Assembly: GCA_947630425.1 (NCBI GenBank)
Contig: CANRHN010000002.1
Coordinates: 33,392-97,391 of the forward strand
From: an uncultured Clostridia bacterium
GTDB taxonomy: Bacteria; Bacillota; Clostridia; Christensenellales; CAG-314
Length of the DNA stretch: 64,000 nucleotides
Direction of reading: 5' to 3'
This document shows, one piece after another, positions 15,001 to 20,659 of this stretch; the stretch's first letter is position 1, and every line of letters begins with the position of its first letter. The notes below the pieces were generated by a model. That model was not told the DNA's origin, made no database searches, and saw only the letters and a list, made by a program, of their open reading frames with translations. A program made the position numbers and the translations under genes.

Positions 15001-16862
15001 AGGGAACGTTGCACGTTGTGCCTCGCGAAATTACCATTCGCGTGACGGTACAAAGCAGCGAGTACGGCGAAGAACATCCCTTCAGCACTCAATATAACGT
15101 TGATTGGACGGCAACGCGTACCTATCTTCCCGAGTTTGCAAACAGCGACGAAGCAACCGTGCTTGTAGAGGACATCTACGACATCAGGCTGTACTGCGAC
15201 ATCGACAGGGCTTCGCCCGCGGGCAGCTATCGCTTGAGAGCGGAGTTCGACAACCCCAACTACAACGTAACGACAGTGGAAGGCAGCTACATCATCACTC
15301 CGCGCGAAATTACCGTAACGTTGGAAAATGCAACTTCCGAGTACGGCGACGCTGTTGCGGCTCTCAGCTACCGCATAAGCCGCGTTGGCGGAAATGCGCT
15401 GGTAAACGGCGACTCACTTGACATCACGTTGAATGCTCTGTTGCCAAACGGCGCGTTTGTGGACGGAACGACGCATGTCGGCACTTACCCGATAGTGGTA
15501 ACGGCAAGCAACAATCCCAACTACGACATTACCTACGAGGGAGCTTACAACGGCGACTTGCCCGACAACCGCGTGGCTGATCAGGCGGGAGTGTACGAGG
15601 TGACAAAACGTGCAATCGTTGTTACCTTCGATGGCGAAAGCGAGTACGGCGACCCGATCGACCCGCACGGAGCAAGCTACCGCGCAAACGGCAAGAGCGG
15701 TCCTGCGTTGGTAAACGGCGACGACCTCGGCTACGGCTACGAGTGGATTGACGATCCTCAAGCGGCAGAAAACCTTGTGGGAGGCTACACCAAAGTAGGC
15801 GAGTACAAACTGAAGGTTACCAAGCCGTCCGAGCAGAGCAGCGTTTGGGACAACTACGAAGTGCAAGACAACTCCGCCGAAAACAGCGTGTACCGCGTTG
15901 TGCCGCGCAAGGTGACAATCACCGTGGATGACTTGCCGCAGGTGTACGGAGACGAATTTGTCAATCCCAACACCGTAGCAGACAGTCTGTTGCACTTTAC
16001 GCGTACCACCGCAGGAAAGAGCGGTAACGCGTTGCTAAGCGACGACGACATCACAACGGGCTTGACTGTTGCGGTGGGCGAGGACAACCGTATATGGTAC
16101 GTGGGCGAGTACGCAATGACGCTTGGGTACGCAGTCAAAGAGGAATTGCGCGATTGTTACGAAGTGACCGTGGTTGACGGCAACTACGTCATCACGCCGA
16201 GACCGGTAACAGTTCACATCAACAGCAATCTTTCCAAGTACGGCGACGAGGTCAAGACTCTCACCTACGACAGCGTGGAAGGCTTGCAAGCGGGCGACGA
16301 CCTCAACGTTCTGTTGCAAGTGCTTTGGTTGGACGGTCTGGCTGAAGACGCTTACCACAACGTCGGTACGTATGCGATAGGCGGCACGGCAAACAACCCC
16401 AACTACACAGTGACCTTCGAGGGCGAGTTGGGCGTGTACGGAGCTTACGTGGTAGAGCAAGCGGACAACTTCTTTACCAAGCAGTACACAGGTGACGGCG
16501 AAGTTGACCGTGGCGACCCCATCGAGAGAAGCGAGCTTCCCACGGCAAAGTGGGGCAACGGTAGCGCAAAGGTTGAGTACTATCTCGACGCGGAAATGAC
16601 CGTTTTGGCAGACTTCGACGACATCGTAAACGCAACAGAGGGTACGTACTACGTCAAGGTGACTGTGGACGAATCGCTCAATTGGAAGGGTGCGGTAACA
16701 AGCTTTGTTGTCAACGTGATCAACAAGCTGTCGCTTCCCGACGGATTGGATATAACCGCGTACGTAATGATCTACGCTTCCCAATTTGTAATTCTCACTT
16801 TCGCGCTGATATTTATCAGACGCTGGAAAGAGAATAAAAATAAAAATCAAAGAATCAAATAA
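1..16862 (+). CDS. Giant repeat-rich cell-surface (adhesin-like) protein, more than 5,617 aa; N-terminus lies upstream of the window
   Basis: The frame set by position 9 has no stop from position 3 to TAA at 16860-16862. About 45 divergent units of 100-115 aa share a signature: AG(T/V/I)Y(T/E)(V/I)x(P/K)(R/K)x(I/L/V)xV, then xYG(E/D/S), then L..GD.L, then (V/A)G.Y.I, then NY.(V/I)T(F/Y).G. This matches my memory of MBG/YDG-type beta-grasp adhesin repeats. The protein ends with the hydrophobic helix AYVMIYASQFVILTFALIFI and the basic tail RRWKENKNKNQRIK. Confidence 0.85.
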   Translation, partial: DDVSSLTKGHKNVGVYTVNVAISENGNFQFAGGRYEATLTYSITAFDITKLTDEQWKAVLEDKVYTGVGVATTIKSITVTVGDKQITFTPDGTGKGENEVALKGNFEITGYFSNTNAGTARATVTGRGNFAGSKEVSFIIAPRNVLVKIKSPSTPYGQSLAEISTQGVGWELVPYFEYESEVGTDGFVWNWKGDGTDYAVYANDSLGIKLGLANAHYNAAGGALLVGTYAIYDASNENAHTMATSSNYSITYIGDWSSGGTYDENKPLNGHAGTYTVTPREIVLTIGNLSAQYGDNTQATIIAGTMLSDKNSLLTDSYTVGNYTGAAILADDKETLFKGIELSIVTADDNYSKGTNAWLNAGNYAIIAHFDSSATVSNYFGGDGATYNVGDQYKITLAGTFSGEGTYTDSGFGFEPEPAYSGHAGTFTVTPREITIEITHIEHEYNKAEPTKDELKWELKVGSKLAEGDSEDILGVVLKKDPGVNVGTYSVNGAYTESGSYIVHFENGVNAVQITERKIVVHIHDQYAVYGEAETVNSTMGKSATEGGWHATLAEGSTYKEGNAIVSGDDIQLVLIKEYGASVNEIGYAIYGSYRNSNYTVTYEGRFAGEGNYNDDDRTAYAGHAGTYKMLARKIAVEILKQNNTYGETPRLSSAQDTAWKLYEGSFTPTYDPHVGNINANTIVRNDSLGLSFATNATNRTNVGEKRHIEVTYDNDNYDITFFYKEDAVYAQLENSDGKVTAEGALVTVKRAISITLNGVTVRYGDLPEGAKLYHYENDGHGGHDELLIRNTMGVDWVARSALTGEGAAIVNGDELVLVIGIWYYDTVKGAGKPFEAGIYVADADKCYVYARLATAEDKEATTDEDDGRFANIDDNANYELMVVGNPAFPNENRDPNGIYEFDTSNGTHWTSGAAKVTIEKRKVTVTPVSHQDVYGTAYVPQGWTFGGDGYYEPDRTEFEKNGEVQFKTEPPKSSSGNIKVGVYTLELKPITDGDLPVRANYDITREEGTYTVTPKAITYNVADATGVYNGQRPTLESVSEGIDGVVSGDNLYIALTVSPNIAGTWGVGKYPIVGTAVSGDDKDDASNYTFTFNGGWTTVPSDQRAGTFTVSGNAGVYTITPVKLTVAFMRQTAVYGSASATIGTNYDITREVGWKLTNGKLVTGETLTFTRSIVADRSKDCFESFYLYVKRGGDEIVGYDVKITFTENKNYKITFTYDKTSFADRLDHAISPDGDSFTLEKAFVVNPREITVTINDKSSVYDGTDISGKSFGSSDYTIDNNAANDSGAAVVMRNGRRDEPTIVLTATGVNAGKYAITATCSSGNYNVTFRGSWSEADDNKGKAGTYTIEPKTITLNIKNQQTTFNGMHAEYTLSQEASNYEFVGLVEGDSLTVTLKFASAPTDWHASTYAITASISGAKAKNYNVTLSGSWNGADDYLNKAGTYTISPLAVEIVPQAQFSVYDGKEPTEIKHGYGEAWLFTEETISALGSLFDKDGKLLDSESVDAILPLEFVKEQGIYVGNYDIILNGCTNTDYTVTIAEESVDNNAYRINPRPVTVTVMGQTGVYGSSLTVNQVDGVDYVAEKATDDSGSGLVGSDNLNITFELEEVSGKSNSGNYKVGWYKIKVTYNNSNYKVTLKGDNSNIKLAEAKRGDSNPETDESVAANGVAQELKNLFYVSKRQILVNILDQSATYDGTLCGTLEGDTPAQSKNQAWTAVSAINAPGSAIMEGDTLDITISTEASPIDANSYYLIGKLGTDGDSDNYEVVFQGNWKDVGKLPGGYTTTPVEGYTHGAGTFTIAPAELEITIKNQTHEYDGTAGEINFTKDTAWSVTNGTLRDRDESDFTNGESGLKLLREEGNTVATYRLYSEFTHKNYNITWVEGTYQITPRKVVVHINDQEHTYDGTVPEVNSEITTGWTVSLSESSTYSGLGVDAIVTVGDVKDDRLITLSKTAGIDAGIYPITGVCDNPNYQVEWQGAWNSDTHGSNPELNGIAGVYTIKQRAVTVEILSQSGVYGGYQDEGISSAQHFAWNVTDGEVLTRDSLEITIGIVFDENQKSDLGKQLNAGWYSIKVTYNNKNYKVTFECKHNINTEDGNVTSSDVADHAVKGTWDANSNTYTVENGYRIYPRRLEITVADQSADYKGKNIAPTIKQKNELDDAWKATNVLNGSWPPFVTTEEEAAFEIILSVQKSGDYWNAGTYDIVGEVKNAGDKTNYVIESVKNGKFTINPLNVTVTVNKQTYAVYNGTNWATDFNEKSKTVSTFAQNGYWTADGVLGEDQKAFAKSVQLNLIGEAVAANVYSAGGSWRDDADENIILNYNVNYVGGSVFTVNKRALTVSIKDATSVYGENFAALSYEETITCTNDNNEATKGLGTINGDDLGITLSKLGGREAGTYAITGSWRNNSNYEVTFTGSWSGEDSNKGHAGTYTVTQRQLTVHINNQGGVFGGLTYTNLNELQGTKDGENGWYIEGFADDTGISNENKNSKVYVMPGDSLSISLVLHNDTHSGEHTGKCAISATCGNTNYKVTFTGDWKENDEFNGIAGIFEVSKRAIQIKLLDQTTTYNGGKQGPKNGRGVAYEISVTNDNDNPNVAFVPEGVRAPKMELSFKLIDGDQTNAGVYALCIVITRAGEPIFDSATSEVGDTISLDREGNIVITTNEYIITLLKASWTNTDEGQPKLANAAGTYTINKKNVTLTIEDYTDTYGEITLEQINKILADKDNPAWNENGIVSADLDAIKEAVELKIRVGAEAESDELSGNYINAGTYYIHGTFNGSKNDTCGNYNITFTGTRSTAETGILTINKRSIGLRVNDKSTVYGAGEPAWDYTEVLMGGTTGSAILEGDKEKFAAAIKFEILNRATSSTNKLKVGRYPIWMSVDAEKDSDGFISNNYNITFSGLWSGSGDKDGVALAQRAGVYTVSRKEITVTNITGTLQSEYGDEVPTVWTYTTNDGDILAGDKVTVVFSTGASATANVGTYPITVALGGDGADNDNYSMTVKCNVSYEIVKRQLTIDVEQNHKITYGDEETLPTITTTRTKNRDSVWLVGDDDVLFGITCTGEMRYNGHLRVKDGGYDFVVYIYGGDMANYEITHHNYDTAKYIVEARPVKVTINDKSTVYGEAEAELDYTVEKANNPVSTIGTRAIVNSGRGLLEGESESVLNIILTRSGLNSGRNGVAYYAITGQSSTTDYAVTFVGRWGTTDETAGKDTVNYNKAGIYEITKRAIRIEIYNQSAVYGEAINVTSVQGTDWKVLGAQEVDGKQYYGLKAGDNLELELYLDEYTNGTYNVRTRGAYPLRYKVGNDNYDVTVVYTELDATQQKLYTEDYTEAQADGVGRWGARSPITSDLRQANHGYFFVTVRKVYVNIKNQSGVYGDEYNLLQTSSGDSPAYTVSLGSGLTGEIFVDDLSVTFSLVTTAYGGTDGKSSGTLSYAGSYPIFGDKIKAIRNKTELKDNDPILTNYSFEFTGEWTGHEEYPSGNTYANRVGIFHVQKRKVTVSANNVEAVYGTYKDLNTDVGIFSLIDQKGYSAKATNSDGNAFVIGDEDLMGFALSVTYDGDKLSTGRALKVGAYTIVLTKNPSTEEDKAKAVNSYDIKLENATLTVTKASITINILNGSASEKGSTYGEYLTIDDVKWSSVDNANMFRVVGENFVAGDKLEFNIYSSLHKYFTDGTYLKNGGKYPNAGNYALYAADWSAVGDNANYNEPTWTGAFTIGADSSDNWYSGIAGIYTVNKKQVTATIEDASVEYGESIEGLKFTYKLEDGWAVAGDDESAIAITLVTDASSGSPVSAVGYAIRGMVESVNYDVTFKGSYLGGTSGTLTITPRRIVVVIEPQSSVYGSNPVANSDPKNWFVVRNGNSVSTSNFEAAWKAVFGAAKETQFSELNITLTKGITSIDGNTELWDNGGGLYGGKYRLSGRCDNNNFDVLFVGYNSAYDSDASQYYPKLKAETEEDKAAEWAKLADSWGVYEITPLDITIEIVDRSATYGSTLTDGVTELKYGAQLVNNSGVAWNYAKGSGRFTVGHEQYLSFYLVENKGIDLSEVLYAEVGTYDITGYWADGIDEGNTLYRLATMCYNVTFVGSRGDGHKGAFTVDPATIQQNNRSAEGDETFTGTLWNRTELYRSSDVTYSLKIDKRFLVFAGDMEFGAQDYNDLFNGNPSVKHDAATVTYQDLFRDGVVYKKGALTDDDLEITNYGVWTVTVIVKKANHAQATFTLTLTVVQADLTVTLEDKVAFSRTYGKYLANGAESRDGVGTFADLQEELKAWLFSTGDKRVIKSIAGAENISKDLDEVIDLLNNIKGTDEIVVSINTTNYDSSTGGYLNAKKYTLRFDVNGNIKIKFAADYTVVEITKRDLGVTWTEQEGDPAEMSKHTVNGKQYDLYTYRYDSESHMPLPMVKKGADSDSLLEGDLVANGEYGHQIYQVAADGKENAVNFISSVGLYRIAVTIDYNSETSGNQDISNYNVVTVDVYVEIKAVEITVTIADQQNEYGEEDLDLNALPNAWKITAGTLPEGEDLLITLTLQDYEGERRHAGNYYILGHSANGNYDVTFVGSWKGAEDDENNGKAGTYTVKPREVIVHVHDLTFVYGDTLPENFVTLGSQAYTTSRPDRPSGMAMQVQASTVPIFPDDYDALAPSIKLDAEAAVYTSTGYLKANADGYRLVCSYNHGDYNITFVNDDGDAYDPTHYAKLKITQRDLTINIQTRTVTYGEDRPTMPMNYNVTGWATNDADWFATARDTEQSFLKFTVHNAATGATLDESKKYDPVGLYIIMLESNTAERHDIGSNYNINVLGEWYSEEYYTDQNGKAGSYTVNPKLIAVTLTGAQGEYGDDCTNLLGWELVSQLAGDETRDVLNFSFDYQNVFLANGHTNNVGKYEVKATIKNDNYVLDGEFTTIYEIVPRQIDIKVFDQSSEYGDRHGDFVASLGYGTGSGWTALRTGAEGNGIAYDDDLIVTTLRLYTNINNNVFVKDYVDSIDVNNATLTDTNYKVNNIVKGTLHVVPREITIRVTVQSSEYGEEHPFSTQYNVDWTATRTYLPEFANSDEATVLVEDIYDIRLYCDIDRASPAGSYRLRAEFDNPNYNVTTVEGSYIITPREITVTLENATSEYGDAVAALSYRISRVGGNALVNGDSLDITLNALLPNGAFVDGTTHVGTYPIVVTASNNPNYDITYEGAYNGDLPDNRVADQAGVYEVTKRAIVVTFDGESEYGDPIDPHGASYRANGKSGPALVNGDDLGYGYEWIDDPQAAENLVGGYTKVGEYKLKVTKPSEQSSVWDNYEVQDNSAENSVYRVVPRKVTITVDDLPQVYGDEFVNPNTVADSLLHFTRTTAGKSGNALLSDDDITTGLTVAVGEDNRIWYVGEYAMTLGYAVKEELRDCYEVTVVDGNYVITPRPVTVHINSNLSKYGDEVKTLTYDSVEGLQAGDDLNVLLQVLWLDGLAEDAYHNVGTYAIGGTANNPNYTVTFEGELGVYGAYVVEQADNFFTKQYTGDGEVDRGDPIERSELPTAKWGNGSAKVEYYLDAEMTVLADFDDIVNATEGTYYVKVTVDESLNWKGAVTSFVVNVINKLSLPDGLDITAYVMIYASQFVILTFALIFIRRWKENKNKNQRIK
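16728..16862 (+). other. C-terminal anchoring segment of the giant protein (LSLPDGLD motif, about 20-aa hydrophobic helix, Lys/Arg tail)
   Basis: Translation LSLPDGLDITAYVMIYASQFVILTFALIFIRRWKENKNKNQRIK*. The three-part layout resembles a sorting or tail-anchor signal, but the motif is not canonical LPXTG. Confidence 0.5.
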
Positions 16863-16882
16863 CACAAAGGCAGGTAGAAAAA

Positions 16883-19420
16883 ATGTTTAATCTGATGTTA
16901 GACAAAATGAAACTCTTCAAATGGGAATTTGATTGGCCCCTCGAAAGCGCACTGTTTTGGCTTTTGGTGGTGCAAGTTGCACTGATAATGTTTATGGTAC
17001 TTGTCTTTGCAATATTGATCAAGCGCGTCGGCACAAACAAAATCGTCGTGGACACCAAGCCCGACGAGCGCAAGCTTACGGGACTTACGCTTGACTTGTC
17101 AATGGTCAAGCGCAGGTTCGACGTGGGCGAGCAGTTCAACTGCGACGGACTTGTGGTAACCGCAAACTACAACTTAGAACCCTTGTCCGAACCCATTTCC
17201 AAAGTTGCGGTGTTTACGCCCGACACGTTGGAAGCGCTCCAAGAGCAAGGTCCGATAGAAATTTGCTACGTCATTTCCGCCGATACGTCGGTTGAGGGAA
17301 AGGTTTCCGTAACAGTGTGCTATCAGGGACAGCAGGCAATGTACGTTGTGTCCGTGGGCGAGCAAGAAGAAGTTGCTCCCACCGTTGTCGCCGCAGCTCC
17401 CGTCACCGCGGTTGTGCAGGAACCGGTTGCAGCGCGCACCCTTGTCGGGTTGGATCTGAACTTGGAAGTAGTACAAAGAGAATTTACGGTGGGTGACGAG
17501 TTCAACTGCGACGGTTTGATGGTAACCGCCAACTACAGCGAAGAACCTCTCGCCGAAACCATCATCGAATTTCAACTTGTCACCGGCGAAGAGTACGACG
17601 CTCTCGAAGAAAAGAACCCCGACGAATGTTACGTTGTCACGCCCGATCTTTCGCAGGAAGGAAAGCCCGCCGTTACCGTTTGGTATCAGGACAAATCGGC
17701 TATGTACATGGTAGTCGTTGCGGCAAAAGAGGAAGAGGCGGAAGAAGAGGTTGTTGCCGAACCGGAAATTGCAGAACGCAATCTTGTGGGTATCACACTC
17801 GACATCGACCTTGTAAAACGCGAGTTTACGGCAGGAGACGAATTCGACTGCGACGGTTTGACGGTAAACGCCGAATACGATTCCGACCCCGTCAACGAAA
17901 CGATTACGGAATTTTCTGTTGTCGATCAACAGCTGTATGACCGCCTTACGGCGGAAAACGAGCTTGTCGGCTGCTTTGTAATCAAGCCCGACATGTCCGA
18001 AGCGGGAGAGAAAACCGTTACCGTCAGATTGGGTAGCGAGCAAGAAGCAACCTACACAATTGCCGTAGAAGAAGCGCCCGTTGTCGAGGAAGAGCAACCC
18101 AAGGAGACGGTTCAAGAACCCGATTGGATGTTGGACGACGAAGAGGACCGCGACCTTGTGGGACTCAGCATCGATGTCACCGTGGTTCAGCGCGAATTTA
18201 CCGTTGGCGAGGAATTTAACTGTGACGGCTTGTTGATACACGCCGACTTCAACAGAGACCCCATGCAGGAAAGCATTGTGGAGTACTCCGTTGTTGAGGA
18301 AGAGCTGTTCAAACGCATTGCAAGCGCAAGCGAAATTGCCGGTTGCTATGTGGTAAAGCCGGACATGTCTCAGGCGGGCAAAAAGACGGTTACCGTCAAG
18401 TTTGAAAATCAAACCGCGTACTATACGATCGCCGTCGGCGAAGTCGTTGAGGAAGAAGTGGTTCGCGAGCTTGTTTCGCTGTCCCTCAACACCGACAACG
18501 TTCAAAAAGACTTTTATGTGGGAGATTCTCTCAACCACGACGGATTGGTTGTTACCGCAAACTACAACGTAGAACCCCTTACCGAAGAGGTGCAGGACTA
18601 TACCATTCTGCCTCCCGACATGAGCAAGGAAGGCACACCCACCGTTTCCGTTGTGTATCAGGACAAAATGGTCGGCTACGGCATAAACATTGTGGCTTTG
18701 CCCGAAGAGGAACGCAAAAAGCACGACGTTGTAATCGAAGAAGAGTCGTTTGAAGCGGGCAGACTGCGTTACAACCGTAGCTTTACCGCGCGCATAATTC
18801 AGTCGGAGGACGAAATCAAGTTCTGGTACAACGACATCAAAAACGAAATTCTCGCTTACAAAAAGGCAAAGTGCCGCATGAGCTGGAAGCGCGAAACCTT
18901 CAAGGTGGGCAAGGAAGTTGTTGCCAAGCTGTCCTTCCGCGGAAAGACGCTGTGCATATTCTTGCCTCTCAACGCGGCGGATTTTGCAGACACCAAGTAC
19001 CAATTGGAAGACGTGTCCGACACCCCCTCCAACGTAGACACCCCCGCAATGTACCGCTTGAAGAGCGCAAAGCGTATCAAGTACGCAATTGAACTTGTGG
19101 CTTTGGCAATGGAAAAATTCGGCGTACCGCGCACCGAACGCATAGCGGAAGATTACTACATGCCCTACGAAGGCGTTGTCGAGCTGATAAAGAAAGGTCT
19201 TGTTAAGCGCGACATCAAGACTGCCGCCGAGGAAGCGATTTTCGAGCAGGGCAAGGAAAAACCCGAAAACGCAGAGCAGGAAGAGTCCGAACCGATAGAA
19301 ATTGCCCCCGGATTGTTTGTAACCGCCAAGACCGCCGAAGAAAAGGAACGCGAAGTTGCCGCGACCGAATCGACGAACGAAGCGACAGAAGAAACGACCC
19401 AAAAGGACGAAAACAAGTAA
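16883..19420 (+). CDS. Membrane-anchored protein with five Big_3-like bacterial Ig repeats, acidic linkers and a conserved non-repeat C-terminal domain
   Basis: ATG lies 20 nt after the giant gene stop. The N-terminal TM helix is LFWLLVVQVALIMFMVLVFAILI. Five units fit L(V/T)G(L/I).LD...V.REF.VG(D/E)EF(N/D)CDGL.V.A.Y...P, each closing with ...TVTV.Y....A.Y.(V/I).V. The C-terminal 230 aa (RLRYNRSFTARIIQSEDEIKFWYNDIKNEILAYKK...) is not repeated. Confidence 0.8.
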   Translation: MFNLMLDKMKLFKWEFDWPLESALFWLLVVQVALIMFMVLVFAILIKRVGTNKIVVDTKPDERKLTGLTLDLSMVKRRFDVGEQFNCDGLVVTANYNLEPLSEPISKVAVFTPDTLEALQEQGPIEICYVISADTSVEGKVSVTVCYQGQQAMYVVSVGEQEEVAPTVVAAAPVTAVVQEPVAARTLVGLDLNLEVVQREFTVGDEFNCDGLMVTANYSEEPLAETIIEFQLVTGEEYDALEEKNPDECYVVTPDLSQEGKPAVTVWYQDKSAMYMVVVAAKEEEAEEEVVAEPEIAERNLVGITLDIDLVKREFTAGDEFDCDGLTVNAEYDSDPVNETITEFSVVDQQLYDRLTAENELVGCFVIKPDMSEAGEKTVTVRLGSEQEATYTIAVEEAPVVEEEQPKETVQEPDWMLDDEEDRDLVGLSIDVTVVQREFTVGEEFNCDGLLIHADFNRDPMQESIVEYSVVEEELFKRIASASEIAGCYVVKPDMSQAGKKTVTVKFENQTAYYTIAVGEVVEEEVVRELVSLSLNTDNVQKDFYVGDSLNHDGLVVTANYNVEPLTEEVQDYTILPPDMSKEGTPTVSVVYQDKMVGYGINIVALPEEERKKHDVVIEEESFEAGRLRYNRSFTARIIQSEDEIKFWYNDIKNEILAYKKAKCRMSWKRETFKVGKEVVAKLSFRGKTLCIFLPLNAADFADTKYQLEDVSDTPSNVDTPAMYRLKSAKRIKYAIELVALAMEKFGVPRTERIAEDYYMPYEGVVELIKKGLVKRDIKTAAEEAIFEQGKEKPENAEQEESEPIEIAPGLFVTAKTAEEKEREVAATESTNEATEETTQKDENK

Positions 19421-19449
19421 AACGGCACAAAAAACCGCATAGTTTGACG

Positions 19450-19479
19450 GAAGCGCACATTTGTGCGCTTCTGTTTTTT
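19450..19479 (+). terminator. Rho-independent terminator after the two surface-protein genes
   Basis: gaagcgcaca/tgtgcgcttc inverted repeat (10-bp arms) followed by tgtttttt. Confidence 0.7.
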
Positions 19480-19663
19480 GGCACATGCGCAAAAACGTTT
19501 TTCAGGGTTCGGCAAACGTTCACCTTTAAGCGGCAATTCCGATTGTTTTGCCGTCGGGCGCAAATTCGGGAAGTTTTGTCGCCTCAAAACAAATTTTTGC
19601 TTGCTAAATTGCGCATACTGTTGTAAAATAGCATTGGAAAATTTTTAACAAGGAGATTGCGTC

Positions 19664-19846
19664 ATGATAACCAAGGATATGAAAATTGTAGACGTGTTGC
19701 AAGTCAAACCCGATACGGCACGCGTGTTCGGCAGATACGGCATGGGTTGTATTCACTGCCTCATGGCTCACACCGAAACAGTGGAAGAGGCTGCCGCCGT
19801 TCACGGAGTGGATGTTGAGGAAATGCTTGCGCAGCTCAACGCATAA
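19664..19846 (+). CDS. DUF1858 / hybrid-cluster-protein-associated redox disulfide domain protein (60 aa)
   Basis: MITKDMKIVDVL...FGRYGMGCIHC...ETVEEAAAVHGVDVEEMLAQLN matches the small CxxC protein family as I remember it. The RBS aaggaga sits upstream. Confidence 0.75.
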   Translation: MITKDMKIVDVLQVKPDTARVFGRYGMGCIHCLMAHTETVEEAAAVHGVDVEEMLAQLNA

Positions 19847-19860
19847 CAACGCCATACAAG

Positions 19861-19889
19861 CGCCTCAAAGGGTTCTTTGGGGCGTTTTT
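19861..19889 (+). terminator. Rho-independent terminator
   Basis: cgcctcaaag-ggtt-ctttggggcg stem (one G-U pair) followed by ttttt. Confidence 0.6.
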
Positions 19890-19899
19890 GCATTTGCTA

Positions 19900-19928
19900 T
19901 TGACTTTGACCCTGTTCTTTGCTACAAT
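19900..19928 (+). promoter_or_regulatory. Sigma-A type promoter (TTGACT, 17 nt spacer, TACAAT)
   Basis: TTGACT at 19900-19905 and TACAAT at 19923-19928, about 35 nt upstream of the 19963 start. Confidence 0.5.
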
Positions 19929-19962
19929 ATTCTCAGCAAGATTTGCTACATAGGAGAATGAT

Positions 19963-20439
19963 ATGGATAGTCAACAAATCTACAAAAGGGCTCTTGAAGT
20001 GTTGGAGGACAACTTCGGACACGTTGTGGAAATGAGCGTGGGTTCTGCCGCCAACGGAGAAGTTGCCGTTCGCGACTTAAACGCTTACTACCATGACGGC
20101 AAATTCTACGTGTTGAGCAAAGAAACCAACACTTTGACCAAGCACATCGCAATTTGTCCCGTGGTGGGGTTGTGTCACGGTTCTCACAACATGCAGGGTG
20201 TGGCGCAAAATTTGGGACACCCTCTCGACCCCAAAAACGCTCATCTGCGCGCCCGACTAAAAAAGGAGTTTTCTCTCAACTACACCGACTACGTGACGGA
20301 ATCCGACCCCAACATGCGTATTTTGCAGATCACGGTCACTCACGCCGAAACATACACGCGTTACCACCGTTACGAAATCGATTTGGTCAAGGGTACTGCC
20401 GAGCGCGATCACACGACGCCGCTGTTTTTGTATCGTTGA
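19963..20439 (+). CDS. Probable pyridoxamine 5'-phosphate oxidase-like (FMN-binding split-barrel) family protein
   Basis: The RBS aggaga precedes the ATG. The size (158 aa) and pattern (LEVLEDNFGHVVEMSV...DGKFYVLSKETNTLTKHIAICPVVGL) are consistent with PNPOx-like proteins. This is a weak assignment made by eye. Confidence 0.5.
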   Translation: MDSQQIYKRALEVLEDNFGHVVEMSVGSAANGEVAVRDLNAYYHDGKFYVLSKETNTLTKHIAICPVVGLCHGSHNMQGVAQNLGHPLDPKNAHLRARLKKEFSLNYTDYVTESDPNMRILQITVTHAETYTRYHRYEIDLVKGTAERDHTTPLFLYR

Positions 20440-20528
20440 CATCAGCTCCTTTGTAATTGTCGGTCAAACGATGAGGAATCGGCAAGTAATCGTTGCCGAA
20501 CACACTCGCTTTGCCTTTCCGTGATTTT

Positions 20529-20562
20529 AAGGGACTGCGAACAAACTTCGCAATCCCTTTTT
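20529..20562 (+). terminator. Rho-independent terminator
   Basis: aagggactgcgaa-caaac-ttcgcaatccctt (13-bp stem with one mismatch) followed by ttt. Confidence 0.55.
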
Positions 20563-20659
20563 AGTGCAAAAGGCAATTCTGTAAAAACACACAACACCGT
20601 TTTTGATATGCAATACGCATACTATGTATGATTTTGACGAACCGTCGTGAGGAGAAACT

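Noticed and set aside
17174-19492. A 772-aa minus-strand ORF overlapping the Ig-repeat gene.
   Set aside because: It is antisense to a frame with five clear domain repeats and a TM anchor. It runs through the plus-strand terminator and has no RBS or motif support.
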